Part shown: positions 1 to 11,412 of the stretch, piece after piece
Position numbering within the stretch: the first letter of the stretch is position 1
Layout of the letters: every line of letters begins with the position of its first letter
Source: Sphingobium sp.
GTDB taxonomy: Bacteria; Pseudomonadota; Alphaproteobacteria; Sphingomonadales; Sphingomonadaceae
Direction: 5' to 3'
Length of the DNA stretch: 64,000 bases
Assembly (NCBI GenBank): GCA_965279415.1
Contig: OZ257238.1
Coordinates: 502,925-566,924 of the forward strand
The notes under the pieces: model-generated
Seen by the model: only the letters and a program-made list of their open reading frames with translations
What the model was told of the DNA's origin: nothing
Databases searched by the model: none
Program-made: the position numbers and the translations under genes

Positions 1-469
1 GATTGCCACCGCCAAGGGATTGCAGCGCAATTTCGGCATCGCCAGCCCACGCCTCGTCATGACGGGTCTCAACCCCCATGCGGGCGAGCAAGGCGCGCTG
101 GGCCGCGAGGAAATCGACGTCATCGCCCCGGCCATCGCCTCGCTGCGCGCCGAAGGAATCGACGTGACCGGTCCGTTTGCCGCCGATGCGCTGTTCCACG
201 CGCGCGCGCGCAAGACCTATGATGCGTGCCTGTGCATGTATCACGATCAGGCGCTGATCCCGGTCAAGACGCTGCATTTCGACGAAGGCGTCAACATGAC
301 GCTGGGGCTGCCGATCATCCGCACCTCGCCCGATCACGGCACGGCGTTCGGCATCGCGGGAACCGACAGCGCCAATCCCGGCGCGATGATCGCCGCGATC
401 CGCATGGCGGGCGAAGCGGCGCTGCATCGCCGGGCGGCGGACGCCGCGCAACTCGCCCCCACCGCCTGA
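1..469 (+). CDS. pdxA: 4-hydroxythreonine-4-phosphate dehydrogenase PdxA, C-terminal part (5' end outside window)
   Basis: The frame is open to the window start. PdxA-type motifs are present: [30 protein letters not shown]. It is followed by rsmA, the classical pdxA-ksgA synteny. Confidence 0.85.
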   Translation, partial: IATAKGLQRNFGIASPRLVMTGLNPHAGEQGALGREEIDVIAPAIASLRAEGIDVTGPFAADALFHARARKTYDACLCMYHDQALIPVKTLHFDEGVNMTLGLPIIRTSPDHGTAFGIAGTDSANPGAMIAAIRMAGEAALHRRAADAAQLAPTA

Positions 470-1293
470 TGCCGAACCCCAAGCTGCCGCCGCTGCGCGA
501 AGTCATCGCCGCGCACGGGCTTCAGGCCAGCAAGGCGCTGGGCCAGAACTTCCTGCTGGACGAACAGTTGCTGGACCGGATCGCCGCCATCCCCGGATCG
601 CTCGACGGCGCGCGCGTCTATGAAGTCGGCCCCGGCCCCGGTGGCCTGACCCGCGCCTTGCTGCGCGCCGGGGCGAATGTCGTCGCGGTAGAGCGCGACC
701 GGCGTTGCCTGCCCGCACTTGCAGAACTCGATGCGGCCTTCCCCGACCAGTTGACCGTGGTGGAAGGCGACGCGATGGGCATCGATGCCCGTGCGCTGGC
801 GGGGGACGGCGCGCATATCGTCGCCAACCTGCCCTATAATGTCGGGACGGCGCTGCTGGTCGGCTGGCTGTCCGCCGAATGGAAGCCTTGGTGGGCATCG
901 CTGACCTTGATGTTTCAGCAGGAAGTGGCCGAACGGATCGTCGCCCAGCCCGACGGCGATCATTATGGTCGGCTGGCGGTCCTCGGCCAGTGGCGCTCAA
1001 CCGCGCGGATCGCGATGAAGGTGCATCGCAGCGCCTTCACCCCGCCGCCCAAGGTGATGTCCGCCGTCGTCCATGTCACGCCGGACGATGCGCCGGAGGG
1101 CGTGGCCTTCCGCGCGCTGGAAAAGCTGACCGCCGCCGCCTTCGGCCAGCGCCGCAAGATGCTGCGCCAGAGCCTTAAGGGTCTGCCCGGCGGGCTGGCG
1201 GCGCTGGAAGAGGTGGGCATCGATGCCCAGCGGCGCGCCGAGACATTGAGCGTGGCGGAGTTCGTGGCCGTTGCGCGCGTCCTGAGCCGCTGA
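469..1293 (+). CDS. rsmA: 16S rRNA (adenine1518/1519-N6)-dimethyltransferase RsmA/KsgA
   Basis: An in-frame ATG at 469 overlaps the pdxA stop (TGATG). Motifs [18 protein letters not shown] (SAM binding) and NLPYNV are present. The listed ORF from 226 is only an upstream extension running through pdxA. Confidence 0.9.
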   Translation: MPNPKLPPLREVIAAHGLQASKALGQNFLLDEQLLDRIAAIPGSLDGARVYEVGPGPGGLTRALLRAGANVVAVERDRRCLPALAELDAAFPDQLTVVEGDAMGIDARALAGDGAHIVANLPYNVGTALLVGWLSAEWKPWWASLTLMFQQEVAERIVAQPDGDHYGRLAVLGQWRSTARIAMKVHRSAFTPPPKVMSAVVHVTPDDAPEGVAFRALEKLTAAAFGQRRKMLRQSLKGLPGGLAALEEVGIDAQRRAETLSVAEFVAVARVLSR

Positions 1294-1295
1294 CC

Positions 1296-1703
1296 TCAGT
1301 TCCCGCGGTAGGTGCTGTACCCGAAGGGGCTGACCACCACGGGCACATGATAATGGCCCGCCATGTCGGACACCCGGAAGGTCACGTCTATTTCGGGGAA
1401 GAAGCGTTCATTGGCATTCGGGCCATAAGCCGAGATATCGAAGCGCAGGCGGTAGATGCCCGTGCCGACAGGCGATTTCACATCGAAGGCGCGCACCCGC
1501 CCGTTCGCATCGGTCCGCGCGGACGCAATGCCGATCCAGCTACCGTCCGCCTGCTTCCGTTCGAGGATGACGGGAATATCGGTTCCTCCGACCCCGGTGG
1601 CGAGATCGAGCACATGGGTGGAGACGTCCGCCGCATAGGCAGGCACCACAGCCAGACTAGCAAGCGCGAGCAGCACCGATCGCAAAACAGCTATTTTACG
1701 CAT
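1296..1703 (-). CDS. hiuH: 5-hydroxyisourate hydrolase (transthyretin-like), with signal peptide
   Basis: 135 aa with an N-terminal signal peptide (LASLAVVPAYA). It has the transthyretin-like core and a C-terminal HYHVPVVVSPFGYSTYRGN typical of HIU hydrolases. Confidence 0.8.
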   Translation of the reverse strand: MRKIAVLRSVLLALASLAVVPAYAADVSTHVLDLATGVGGTDIPVILERKQADGSWIGIASARTDANGRVRAFDVKSPVGTGIYRLRFDISAYGPNANERFFPEIDVTFRVSDMAGHYHVPVVVSPFGYSTYRGN

Positions 1704-1712
1704 GATCTGTGT

Positions 1713-2240
1713 TCAGGGCTTTTCGGTGGTTGTGGTCGGCACGACCGTCGGTACGGCGGTCACGTCCTTCGCGGTCAGCACCATGGGCGGTGCGCCCTTG
1801 TCGATCGCGGCGGACAGTTGCGTGGCGGCGGCGCAGTCGCCCTTGCACAGGTTGCGCACCTGCGCGAGATTTTCGCGCGCCTTAGCAACCGCACCCTTTT
1901 CGACCATCGCCTGCCCCTGCCCCGCCAGCGCCTGCACATCGGTGGGATCGAGCAACAACGCCTCGCGATAATAACGGATCGCCTTGCCTTGCAGCCCTTG
2001 CTGCCGGGCGACCTTGCCCAGCGCCAGATAAGCGCCGCGATTGCGCGGATCGACGGCCAGCGCCGTTTCCAGCGCGTCGGTGGCGGCAACGAGATCGCCG
2101 GAACCGGCGGCCGCCTCGCCCTTCTTCAGCCATTCGAGCGACAGCGGTTCGATCTGCGCATCGGGACGCTGGCTGATACCGACGCTCGATACCGTGGCGA
2201 ACAGCGCGGCCAGAGCGAGGGAAGCAGGGGTGAAACGCAT
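1713..2240 (-). CDS. Secreted TPR-repeat protein
   Basis: The internal ATG at 2240 is preceded by GGAGA. It has a signal-like N-terminus (MRFTPASLALAALFATVS) and repeated TPR-like A..AL..DP....A...LG segments. Confidence 0.6.
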   Translation of the reverse strand: MRFTPASLALAALFATVSSVGISQRPDAQIEPLSLEWLKKGEAAAGSGDLVAATDALETALAVDPRNRGAYLALGKVARQQGLQGKAIRYYREALLLDPTDVQALAGQGQAMVEKGAVAKARENLAQVRNLCKGDCAAATQLSAAIDKGAPPMVLTAKDVTAVPTVVPTTTTEKP

Positions 2241-2308
2241 GATAGTCTCCAGCATCGATTCCGTGTCTGACAGGCCGTGATGTTCACCGGATCGCGCCAT
2301 TTTGTCCA

Positions 2309-3489
2309 TCAAGACTTTTCCAGCACCGCAAGGAAGAAGCCATCCGTGCCATCATGCAGCGGACTTAGCAACCGTCCGTGGCCCCAAGGGCGGCCCGGCG
2401 GCGTTGCCTGCGGCACGGCGTTCCAGCCGGGATGACGGACGAGGAACGCGTCGACCTGATCCTTCCCCTCCGCATCGGTGAGCGCGCAGACGGCGTAGAC
2501 CAGCCGTCCGCCGTCGCGCACCAGCGGCGCGGCGATGTCCATTATGCGCGCCTGTTCCTTCACCAGGCGATCGAGCCGGTCGCGCGACAGGCGCCAGCGC
2601 GCTTCCGGATTGCGCCGCCATGTTCCGGTGCCCGAGCAGGGCGCGTCGACCAAGACGACATCGGCCTTCCCCTCATGGCCGCCCAGCGCGGAGGCTTCGC
2701 GATTTGGATCGAGCAGGATGGTCTCGATGAAGCCGCGCCCGCCCGCTCGGCGCGTGGGGTCAGCCGTTGCAGGCGCGATCGCACCGTATCGGCGGCGATC
2801 AACGTCCCCTCGCCCGCCATGGCGGCAGCAAGCGCCAGCGTCTTGCCGCCCGCACCCGCGCACAGGTCGACGACGGTCATGCCGGGCTGCGCTTTGCAGG
2901 TCGCGGCGATGATCTGGCTGCCTGCGTCCTGCACTTCGACCAGCCCCTGATCCCATATGTCGGACTGTTCGAGCGGCGTGCCCTCGGGCAGGCGCAGGGC
3001 ATCGGGCAGGCCATCTATGGGCGCGGCATCGGGGAAGGACGCGCGTGCCGTTTCCATGGTCGCCTTCAGCCGGTTTACGCGGATGTCGAGCGGCGCACGC
3101 ACCAGCAATGCGGCCTGTTCGGCGCGATCGATCAGCTTGGCGAGCCGGGGCACGATCCATTTGGGCAAAGGCCGCGCTTCCGCCGCCGGTTCGTCCTCGG
3201 CGATCGGGGCCGGGCCGTGCGGCGACCCGTCGAAACAGGCGGCAAGACCGGGCTGATCCCGCACCAGACCCAGCAACGCCGAACGTCCGCTTTCGGGGCG
3301 CTCCCCGGCGCGACGGATCGCATCATAGACGAGATCGCGCACCGCCCGCCGGTCCTTCGACCCGGCATAGCGCCGCGTCTTGAAATAGCGGGCGATCAGC
3401 GTGTCGGCGGCGGGACCGCCGTCCCGCGCGGCGACGATCACTTCGTCGAGCAGGTCAATGGCGGCCTGTGCGCGTGCGGCTGGGGTCAT
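2309..3489 (-). pseudogene. RsmB/NOP-family SAM-dependent rRNA methyltransferase, apparent 1-nt frameshift
   Basis: The N-terminal part is in ORF 2560..3489 (to ...LQRLTPRAERAG). The C-terminal part is in ORF 2309..3160 (GRGFIETILLDP...VLVDAPCSGTGTWRRNPE...). The frames switch inside the G/C run at about 2732..2746. Total length 1181 nt is not a multiple of 3. Confidence 0.7.
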
Positions 3490-3547
3490 GGGGAGAACCT
3501 TTGTTGCCCGCGTCTATCGGGAGGAGTGCAATAGCATATTGCATATC

Positions 3548-3697
3548 ATGCTCGTCACCCTGAACTCGTTTAGCTGCGCTGGCCTCACGGCTCAGGGTCC
3601 ATTAGCTCTGCCTTGTGGGCGTCATTGCAAAGTCAGAGCCAATGGATGCTGAGCCATCGGGCCAGCGCAGCTAAACAAGTTCAGCATGACGAAGTGA
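3548..3697. repeat. Long near-perfect palindrome (MITE/REP-like), arms ~65-70 bp
   Basis: CTGAACTCGTTTAGCTGCGCTGGCC (3560..3584) pairs with GGCCAGCGCAGCTAAACAAGTTCAG (3660..3684) at 24/25. The inner pair is CGGCTCAGGGTCCATTAGCTCTG / CAGAGCCAATGGATGCTGAGCC. It lies between the guaB stop and the rsmB-like start. Confidence 0.7.
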
Positions 3698-3705
3698 AGC
3701 GAAGG

Positions 3706-5253
<1,548 letters not shown>

Positions 5254-5514
5254 TTATGCCGCCAGCGGGCTAGTGCACGACGATATTTTGTTGCGCAGGG
5301 CGCGAAGAGACGCACGACGGACATTTGTTGCACGCGTGCCACAGCGCAACAGATTGTTTCTATTGTCACCAATCAGACACAATCCGGACATAGCGGAGCA
5401 TCAGAGGCGAGGGTCGGAACGCACAAGCCGCACAGGCCATGCGTCCGTACTACCGATATTTACAGACACGGCCATCCGCAGCTTCACGCCCCCCATCGTT
5501 CCGAGGAATCCATC

Positions 5515-7833
5515 ATGTCGCATTTCACCGTGGCGCGCGTCGCCCTTTCGCTGACCGTCGCGCTGGGCGCGCTGTCGCTTGCCTCCGCGGCGCAGGCGCA
5601 GGACGCTGCCCCCGCCGCAGCGTCGACAGACGACAGCCAGTTGGGCGATATCGTCGTCACCGCCGAGCGACGGTCCGAAAACCTGCAGAAAGTCCCGCTG
5701 TCGGTGGGCGTGGTCGCAGGGGACCAGTTGCGCGCGTTCCAGTCGGGTGGCGAGGACATATTGGCGCTGTCCGGACGCGTGCCCGGCCTCTATGCCGAAA
5801 CGACGACGGGCCGCATCTTCCCGCGCTTCTACATTCGCGGCCTTGGCAATATCGATTTCTACCTCGGTGCGTCTCAGCCGGTGTCGATCATCCAGGACGA
5901 AGTCGTGCTGGAGCATGTCGTGCTGAAATCGAACCCGGTGTTCGACGTGACGCAGATCGAAGTGCTGCGCGGGCCGCAGGGATCGCTGTTCGGTCGCAAC
6001 ACGACTGCGGGCATCATCAAGTTCGACACGATCAAGCCCAGCCTGACGCAGTTCGAGGGGCGCGCTTCGGCCAGCTATGGCAGCTACAACACCGTCACGT
6101 TCGACGGCGGCGTCGGCGGCCCGCTAATCGAGGACAAGCTGGCGGTCCGCATTTCCGCGCTCTACCAGCATCGCGACGACTGGGTGGACAACACGTATAG
6201 CGGCCCCAGTGCCGACGGCACCGTTTCGCCGAAGAAGGACGCGATGGGCGGCTTCGACGAGCGGGACATCCGCGCGCAGATACTGGCGACCCCGACCGAA
6301 CAGACCAGCTTCCTGCTGTCCGGCCATCTCCGTGACTATGACGGCACGTCGACCATCTTCCACCGGGCGGCCTTGAAAAAGGGATCGAACAGCGTGGATG
6401 CCGAGCCGCGCGGCAAGATCGCGCTCGACGAAGCGCAGAACAATCCGCAGGCCTACAAGACGCAGGGCGCTTCGCTGAAGGCAGCCTATGATTTCGGCCC
6501 CGTCACGCTGACGTCGATTACCGCCTATGAACATGCCTCCGGCTTCAGCCGTGGCGATACGGACGGGGGCGCTGCGGCCAATTTCCCGGTAAACGGCGTC
6601 GCCAACGGTTTCGGCCAGAGCCAGGGCAATCTGCGCGATCTCGACCAGTGGACGCAGGAAGTGCGCCTTTCCAGCAACGGCGAGGGGCCGTTCAAATATC
6701 AGGTCGGTGGCATCTATTTCGACTCGCGCGACACGACCGACTTCTATCAGCGCGCCTTCTTCCTGACGACCGCCGCGCGCAACCCCAACAACTGGGTGCG
6801 CCTGCACAACGTCAACACGAGCTGGGCACTGTTCGGCCAGGCGAGTTACGAAATCCTGCCGGACTTCACGCTCACGGCGGGCGCGCGCATCACCGAGGAC
6901 ACGAAGCTGACGCGCCTCGTCAAGACGGCGGACACAGCCGCGGGCGTCGTCACCTATCGCGGTCGCCGCAATGTCCGCCTGTCCGACACCAAGCCAAGCT
7001 GGGACGTGAGCGCGCTTTATGAAGCCAGCCCCGACCTCAGCCTCTATGCCCGCGTGGCGCGCGGCTTCCGCGGCCCCACGATCCAAGGGCGTTCGGCGGT
7101 GTTCAATTCCGACTTCACGACCGCCGACTCCGAGACCATCCTATCGTGGGAAGCGGGTTTCAAGAGCCAGATCGCCAATCGCCTGCGCTTCAACGCCAGC
7201 GGTTTCTACTACACGGTCAAGGACATCCAACTGAACGGCAACGACAGCAACGGCAACGGCGTGCTGTTCAACGCCAACAAGGCGGTGGCTTACGGCATGG
7301 AAGCGGAGCTGGACTGGGCGCCGGTCGACAATCTGTCGCTCACCGCCGGCGCAAGCTGGCTGCACAGCGAGATCAAGGACAAGCGCGTCTATGCGCAGGT
7401 CTGCGCGCTGAACGGCGTCGTGGTGTGCACCGTCGGCGATCCCACCATCACCGCGCCGGTATTCGGCGCACCGGCCGTCTTTGCGCAGATCGACGGCAAT
7501 CCGCTGCCCAATGCGCCGGAATATAATCTGAACTTCACCGCGCGCTACGACGTACCGCTGGGCAACGGCGGCAAGCTGTTCGCCGCGACCGACTGGAACG
7601 TGCAGGGCAAGACGCAGTTCGTGCTCTATTCGACCAAGGAGTTCAATTCGAACGGCAGCTTCGAAGGCGGTCTCAAGATCGGCTATGCAGCGCCCGACAA
7701 TGCCTATGAGTTCTCGGTATTCGCCCGCAACATCACCAACGAGAAGAACTTGAAGGGCGTGATCGAAAACTACATGGCCGCCGTTTTCAACGAACCGCGC
7801 GTGATCGGCGTGGCGCTGAGCGGCAGGTTCTGA
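5515..7833 (+). CDS. TonB-dependent outer-membrane receptor
   Basis: Signal peptide ending SAAQAQ, a plug region (IVVTAERRSENLQKVP, EVLRGPQGSLFGRNTTAG), a long beta-barrel, and a C-terminal ...GVALSGRF aromatic terminus. Confidence 0.9.
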   Translation: MSHFTVARVALSLTVALGALSLASAAQAQDAAPAAASTDDSQLGDIVVTAERRSENLQKVPLSVGVVAGDQLRAFQSGGEDILALSGRVPGLYAETTTGRIFPRFYIRGLGNIDFYLGASQPVSIIQDEVVLEHVVLKSNPVFDVTQIEVLRGPQGSLFGRNTTAGIIKFDTIKPSLTQFEGRASASYGSYNTVTFDGGVGGPLIEDKLAVRISALYQHRDDWVDNTYSGPSADGTVSPKKDAMGGFDERDIRAQILATPTEQTSFLLSGHLRDYDGTSTIFHRAALKKGSNSVDAEPRGKIALDEAQNNPQAYKTQGASLKAAYDFGPVTLTSITAYEHASGFSRGDTDGGAAANFPVNGVANGFGQSQGNLRDLDQWTQEVRLSSNGEGPFKYQVGGIYFDSRDTTDFYQRAFFLTTAARNPNNWVRLHNVNTSWALFGQASYEILPDFTLTAGARITEDTKLTRLVKTADTAAGVVTYRGRRNVRLSDTKPSWDVSALYEASPDLSLYARVARGFRGPTIQGRSAVFNSDFTTADSETILSWEAGFKSQIANRLRFNASGFYYTVKDIQLNGNDSNGNGVLFNANKAVAYGMEAELDWAPVDNLSLTAGASWLHSEIKDKRVYAQVCALNGVVVCTVGDPTITAPVFGAPAVFAQIDGNPLPNAPEYNLNFTARYDVPLGNGGKLFAATDWNVQGKTQFVLYSTKEFNSNGSFEGGLKIGYAAPDNAYEFSVFARNITNEKNLKGVIENYMAAVFNEPRVIGVALSGRF

Positions 7834-7927
7834 TTTTTCTCTGACCTGCCTGCACCGGTGGATGCCGCATCAAAAGGCACCGCCGGTGCAAGGAGATGGT
7901 AAGAAAGAACATGGTAAACGCGCCGTC

Positions 7928-9400
7928 ATGCGTGTCCTGTTCCGGCTTGCCCTTGTCGCGGCGATCATCCTGGCCCCCGGCTTCCTCATGGAGCCGGGAT
8001 ACAGCCATTCGGCCAAATACAACTATATCTGGACCAGCCAGTTCGCCGATGCGCTGCGCGCCGGGACGCTCTATCCCCGCTGGATGCCCGCCAGTTTCGA
8101 AGGGCTGGGCAGCCCGACGTTCTTCTTTTATCCGCCGGTCGCCTTCTGGCTGAGTGGCGGACTGAATGCGCTGGGGCTTTCCACCTTTCATGCGATCTAC
8201 GGCGCCGCTTTCCTTTTCCTGCTGTTCTCCGGCCTTGCCATGCACCGCTGGCTGGCGGCGCGCAGCGACTGGCCGCTGCTGGGCGCCACCGCCTATATGG
8301 TCGCGCCCTATCATCTGCTCGACCTGGGTGTGCGGGGGGCGCTGGCGGAGTTCGCGTCGTTCGTCTGGTTGCCGCTGATCGCGCTGGGGATAGACGCCCT
8401 GCCCCGCCGCCGCGGCATATTGCTGCTGGCCGGCGCCTTTGCGGGCCTGATCCTCACCCATCTGCCGATGGCGACTCTGGTCGGGCTGTTCCTGATCGCG
8501 CCGCTGGTGTTTGCCCGTGCATGGACGCAGCCGACGCTTCTGATCCCGGCGGCAGGGGCAGGCGTGCTGGCGATCGGACTGACGGCCTTCTATCTCGTCC
8601 CCGCCATTTCCCTGCAACCCTATATGTCCACGCAGGGCCTGTGGTCCCCCTATTACATGCCGGTGAACTGGCATTTCTTCTGGAGCCCCGATCCGACGCT
8701 GGGCAATCTGCAACTGCTGGGTCTGGGGCTTGTCGCACTTGCCCTGGCTGCGCCGACGCGGACGATCTGGACCTGGCTTACGGTCGGGACGGCGATCGCC
8801 GCGATCGGCATGCTCCCCTTCCTCTGGCTGCTGCCGCCCATCGACAAGGTGCAGTTCCCCTGGCGCCTGCTGGGCGTGACCGAGTTTGCAGCGGTCACGG
8901 CCCTGTTCTCGACGAAAGGCGAAAGGCTGCGGCGCATCTTCGTCGCAATGGGAGCCGCCATGCTGGTCGTGCCCTATGCCCTGCTCGTCAAATACAGCGT
9001 CATCGGTCTCAACAGTCCGCCGGACTTCGCGCGTATCCATGCGACCATGCCCGATGCCGTCGAATATGTGCCCAACGGCTTCAACTACAGGGCGATCATG
9101 AACGGGCAGCGGGAACTGGACCTGCGCCAGTACAAGGCGCTGCCGCGCGGCGACAGCATCAGGGTGGAACGCCCCGGCCCGGTCGTGATGGGCCGCTGGA
9201 CCTTCCCGATCTGGCAAGTCCAACGGGATGGCAAGCCCGTCCCGTCCGCCGGGCCGATGCTCCATTTCGAGGCCCAAGCGCCCGGCACCTACCGGATCGT
9301 CCGGGTCTGGCTGTGGCAGGAAATCGTGGGAGGGATTGTCAGTGCGCTGGCATTGATGGTGGCAGCGACTTTGGGTTGGCGCGGACGGCGGGTGCGGTAG
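7928..9400 (+). CDS. Polytopic integral membrane protein (YfhO/PTPS-related-like, possible glycosyltransferase)
   Basis: It has many hydrophobic helices and the motif YPRWMPASFEGLGSPTFFFYPP. The start is uncertain: ATG 7928 was chosen, while the listed ORF begins at 7862. Confidence 0.55.
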   Translation: MRVLFRLALVAAIILAPGFLMEPGYSHSAKYNYIWTSQFADALRAGTLYPRWMPASFEGLGSPTFFFYPPVAFWLSGGLNALGLSTFHAIYGAAFLFLLFSGLAMHRWLAARSDWPLLGATAYMVAPYHLLDLGVRGALAEFASFVWLPLIALGIDALPRRRGILLLAGAFAGLILTHLPMATLVGLFLIAPLVFARAWTQPTLLIPAAGAGVLAIGLTAFYLVPAISLQPYMSTQGLWSPYYMPVNWHFFWSPDPTLGNLQLLGLGLVALALAAPTRTIWTWLTVGTAIAAIGMLPFLWLLPPIDKVQFPWRLLGVTEFAAVTALFSTKGERLRRIFVAMGAAMLVVPYALLVKYSVIGLNSPPDFARIHATMPDAVEYVPNGFNYRAIMNGQRELDLRQYKALPRGDSIRVERPGPVVMGRWTFPIWQVQRDGKPVPSAGPMLHFEAQAPGTYRIVRVWLWQEIVGGIVSALALMVAATLGWRGRRVR

Positions 9401-9423
9401 ATTATTCTGCGATTACCCTCTTC

Positions 9424-9518
9424 CCGTTCGCCCTGAGCTTGTCGAAGGCTCTTCTGAACGAAGTGAAGAATGCTTCGCTGCGCTCAGCAGAAGGCTTCGA
9501 CAGGCTCAGCCCGAACGG
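9424..9518. repeat. REP/MITE-like palindromic element (family CCGTTCGCCCTGAGCTTGTCGAAGG)
   Basis: Left arm CCGTTCGCCCTGAGCTTGTCGAAGGC and right arm GGCTTCGACAGGCTCAGCCCGAACGG are imperfect reverse complements. Related copies are at 30660..30726 and a degenerate one at 19625..19725. Confidence 0.7.
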
Positions 9519-9541
9519 TTTTTTTGGGATACTGGCGTAAG

Positions 9542-10348
9542 CTAAATCCCCAGTGCCTCCGCCCGCGCGATGAGCGCCCTTGCCGCGTCGACGTGCATCG
9601 CCTCTATCATGCTGCCCTCGAAGCGTTCCGCGCCGCCGGTGGCCGCGTCGATAAGGCGGCGGGCTTCGGCGAGCGCCTGCGGGTCGGGACCGAACAGGGC
9701 GTTAGTGATGCCGATCTGATTGGGATGGATCAGCGTTTTCCCGTCGAAGCCGAAGGCGCGGCCTTCGCGGCATTCCGCTTCCAGCCCCTCCGCATCCTCC
9801 AGACGGTTGTAGACGCCGTCGAATACCGCCTTGCCCGATGCCCGCGCGGCAAGCACGACGCCCTGCAAGGGCAGCGTCAGGCCGCTCCGCCCGGCATCGG
9901 CGGCGATCCCCAGATCCCTGCGCAGATCGTTGACGCCCATGAACAACGCCGCGGTGCCCGGCTGCGCCGCGATGTCCGCCGCCGCGATCAGGCCGCGGGC
10001 ACTTTCGATCATCGCGATCACCGGCTTTTCGGTGACGCTGCGGACATCATGCACCTGCCTTACGGTTTCCACTTTCGGCAGGATCACATAATCCGCTGCG
10101 CTGTGCTTGGCGGCGATCATGTCCGCGCCGTGCCAGGGGGTGCCTTCCATATTGATGCGGATGCCGGTCAGCTTGCCGGGATAGCGCGCAGCGACGGCGG
10201 CGGCGCGCGCCTCCTCCTTTTGCGCGTCCGGCACGGCGTCCTCCAGATCGAGCATCACCATGTCGCATTCCAGCCCCTGCGCCTTTTCCATTGCCCGCGG
10301 ATTGGAGGCGGGCACGAACAGGAGCGACCGGGCAAAGGCAAGCTGCAT
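9542..10348 (-). CDS. HpcH/HpaI aldolase / citrate lyase beta-subunit (CitE)-like lyase
   Basis: Start at MQLAFARSLLFVPASNPRAMEKA. LDLEDAV, ESARG and DGKTLIHPNQI are typical of CitE / malyl-CoA lyase-like proteins. Confidence 0.8.
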   Translation of the reverse strand: MQLAFARSLLFVPASNPRAMEKAQGLECDMVMLDLEDAVPDAQKEEARAAAVAARYPGKLTGIRINMEGTPWHGADMIAAKHSAADYVILPKVETVRQVHDVRSVTEKPVIAMIESARGLIAAADIAAQPGTAALFMGVNDLRRDLGIAADAGRSGLTLPLQGVVLAARASGKAVFDGVYNRLEDAEGLEAECREGRAFGFDGKTLIHPNQIGITNALFGPDPQALAEARRLIDAATGGAERFEGSMIEAMHVDAARALIARAEALGI

Positions 10349-10431
10349 CACATAATCCTTCAAATGCCTTCCCCGGTTAACGCTTTGTCGGCATAGTCCG
10401 AAGTAGGACACGCGAGGGAGGAACCGATTTC

Positions 10432-11412
10432 ATGGTCACGACATTCGCACTGGCAGCCGCGCTGCTCGTCTTTATCTATCTGGCGGCGAGTATCAAGATC
10501 GTCCGGCAAGGCTATCAATATACCATAGAACGCTTCGGCCGCTTTACCGAGGTGGCGCGGCCGGGCCTCAATTTCTATCCCGCCTTCTTCTACAATGTCG
10601 GTCGCAAGATCAACATGATGGAACAGGTCGTTGATATTCCGGGGCAGGAGATCATCACCAAGGACAACGCCATGGTCTCCGTGGACGGCGTGGTGTTCTT
10701 TCAGGTGCTGGACGCCGCCAAGGCCGCATATGAAGTGTCCGAACTCTATGTCGCGATCATGCAGCTGGCGACCACCAACCTGCGGACGGTGATGGGGTCG
10801 ATGGACCTGGACGAGACGCTGTCGAAGCGCGACGAGATCAACGCGCGGCTGCTGTCCGTGGTCGATCATGCGACCGGAAGCTGGGGCGTGAAGATCACGC
10901 GCGTCGAACTGAAGGATATCCGCCCGCCCGCCGACATCGTGAACGCCATGGGCCGCCAGATGAAGGCGGAACGCGAGAAGCGCGCCAACATCCTGGATGC
11001 CGAAGGGATGCGCGCCTCCGAAATCCTGCGCGCCGAGGGCGAGAAGCAGGGACAGATATTGCAGGCCGAAGGGCGACGCGAAGCCGCCTTCCGCGATGCC
11101 GAGGCGCGCGAGCGCGAGGCCGAGGCGGAAGCCAAGGCGACGCAGATGGTGTCCGACGCGATATCGGCGGGCAATCCGCAGGCGCTCAACTACTTCATCG
11201 CGCAGAAATATGTCGAGGCGATCGGCGGCTTTGCGACATCGCCCAATGCCAAGACGATCCTGTTCCCGGTCGAGGCGACGCAGCTGATCGGCACGCTGGG
11301 CGGGATCGGTGAACTGGCGCGCGAGACCTTTGGCGGCGGCACGCCGACCGTGACCGACCCCACGCCCACGACGCCGCGCCGCCGCGGGCCGTTCGAGCAG
11401 GGGGGCGCATGA
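10432..11412 (+). CDS. SPFH/band-7 (stomatin-like) membrane protein
   Basis: An N-terminal TM helix, an SPFH core (IVRQGYQYTIERFGRF ... ITKDNAMVSVDGVVFFQV), and a coiled-coil ER-rich tail. Confidence 0.9.
   Translation: MVTTFALAAALLVFIYLAASIKIVRQGYQYTIERFGRFTEVARPGLNFYPAFFYNVGRKINMMEQVVDIPGQEIITKDNAMVSVDGVVFFQVLDAAKAAYEVSELYVAIMQLATTNLRTVMGSMDLDETLSKRDEINARLLSVVDHATGSWGVKITRVELKDIRPPADIVNAMGRQMKAEREKRANILDAEGMRASEILRAEGEKQGQILQAEGRREAAFRDAEAREREAEAEAKATQMVSDAISAGNPQALNYFIAQKYVEAIGGFATSPNAKTILFPVEATQLIGTLGGIGELARETFGGGTPTVTDPTPTTPRRRGPFEQGGA

Noticed and set aside
226-468. Upstream extension of the rsmA ORF (listed start 226)
   Set aside because: This part overlaps the pdxA coding frame and translates to Arg-rich low-complexity sequence. 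RsmA homology begins at the ATG at 469.
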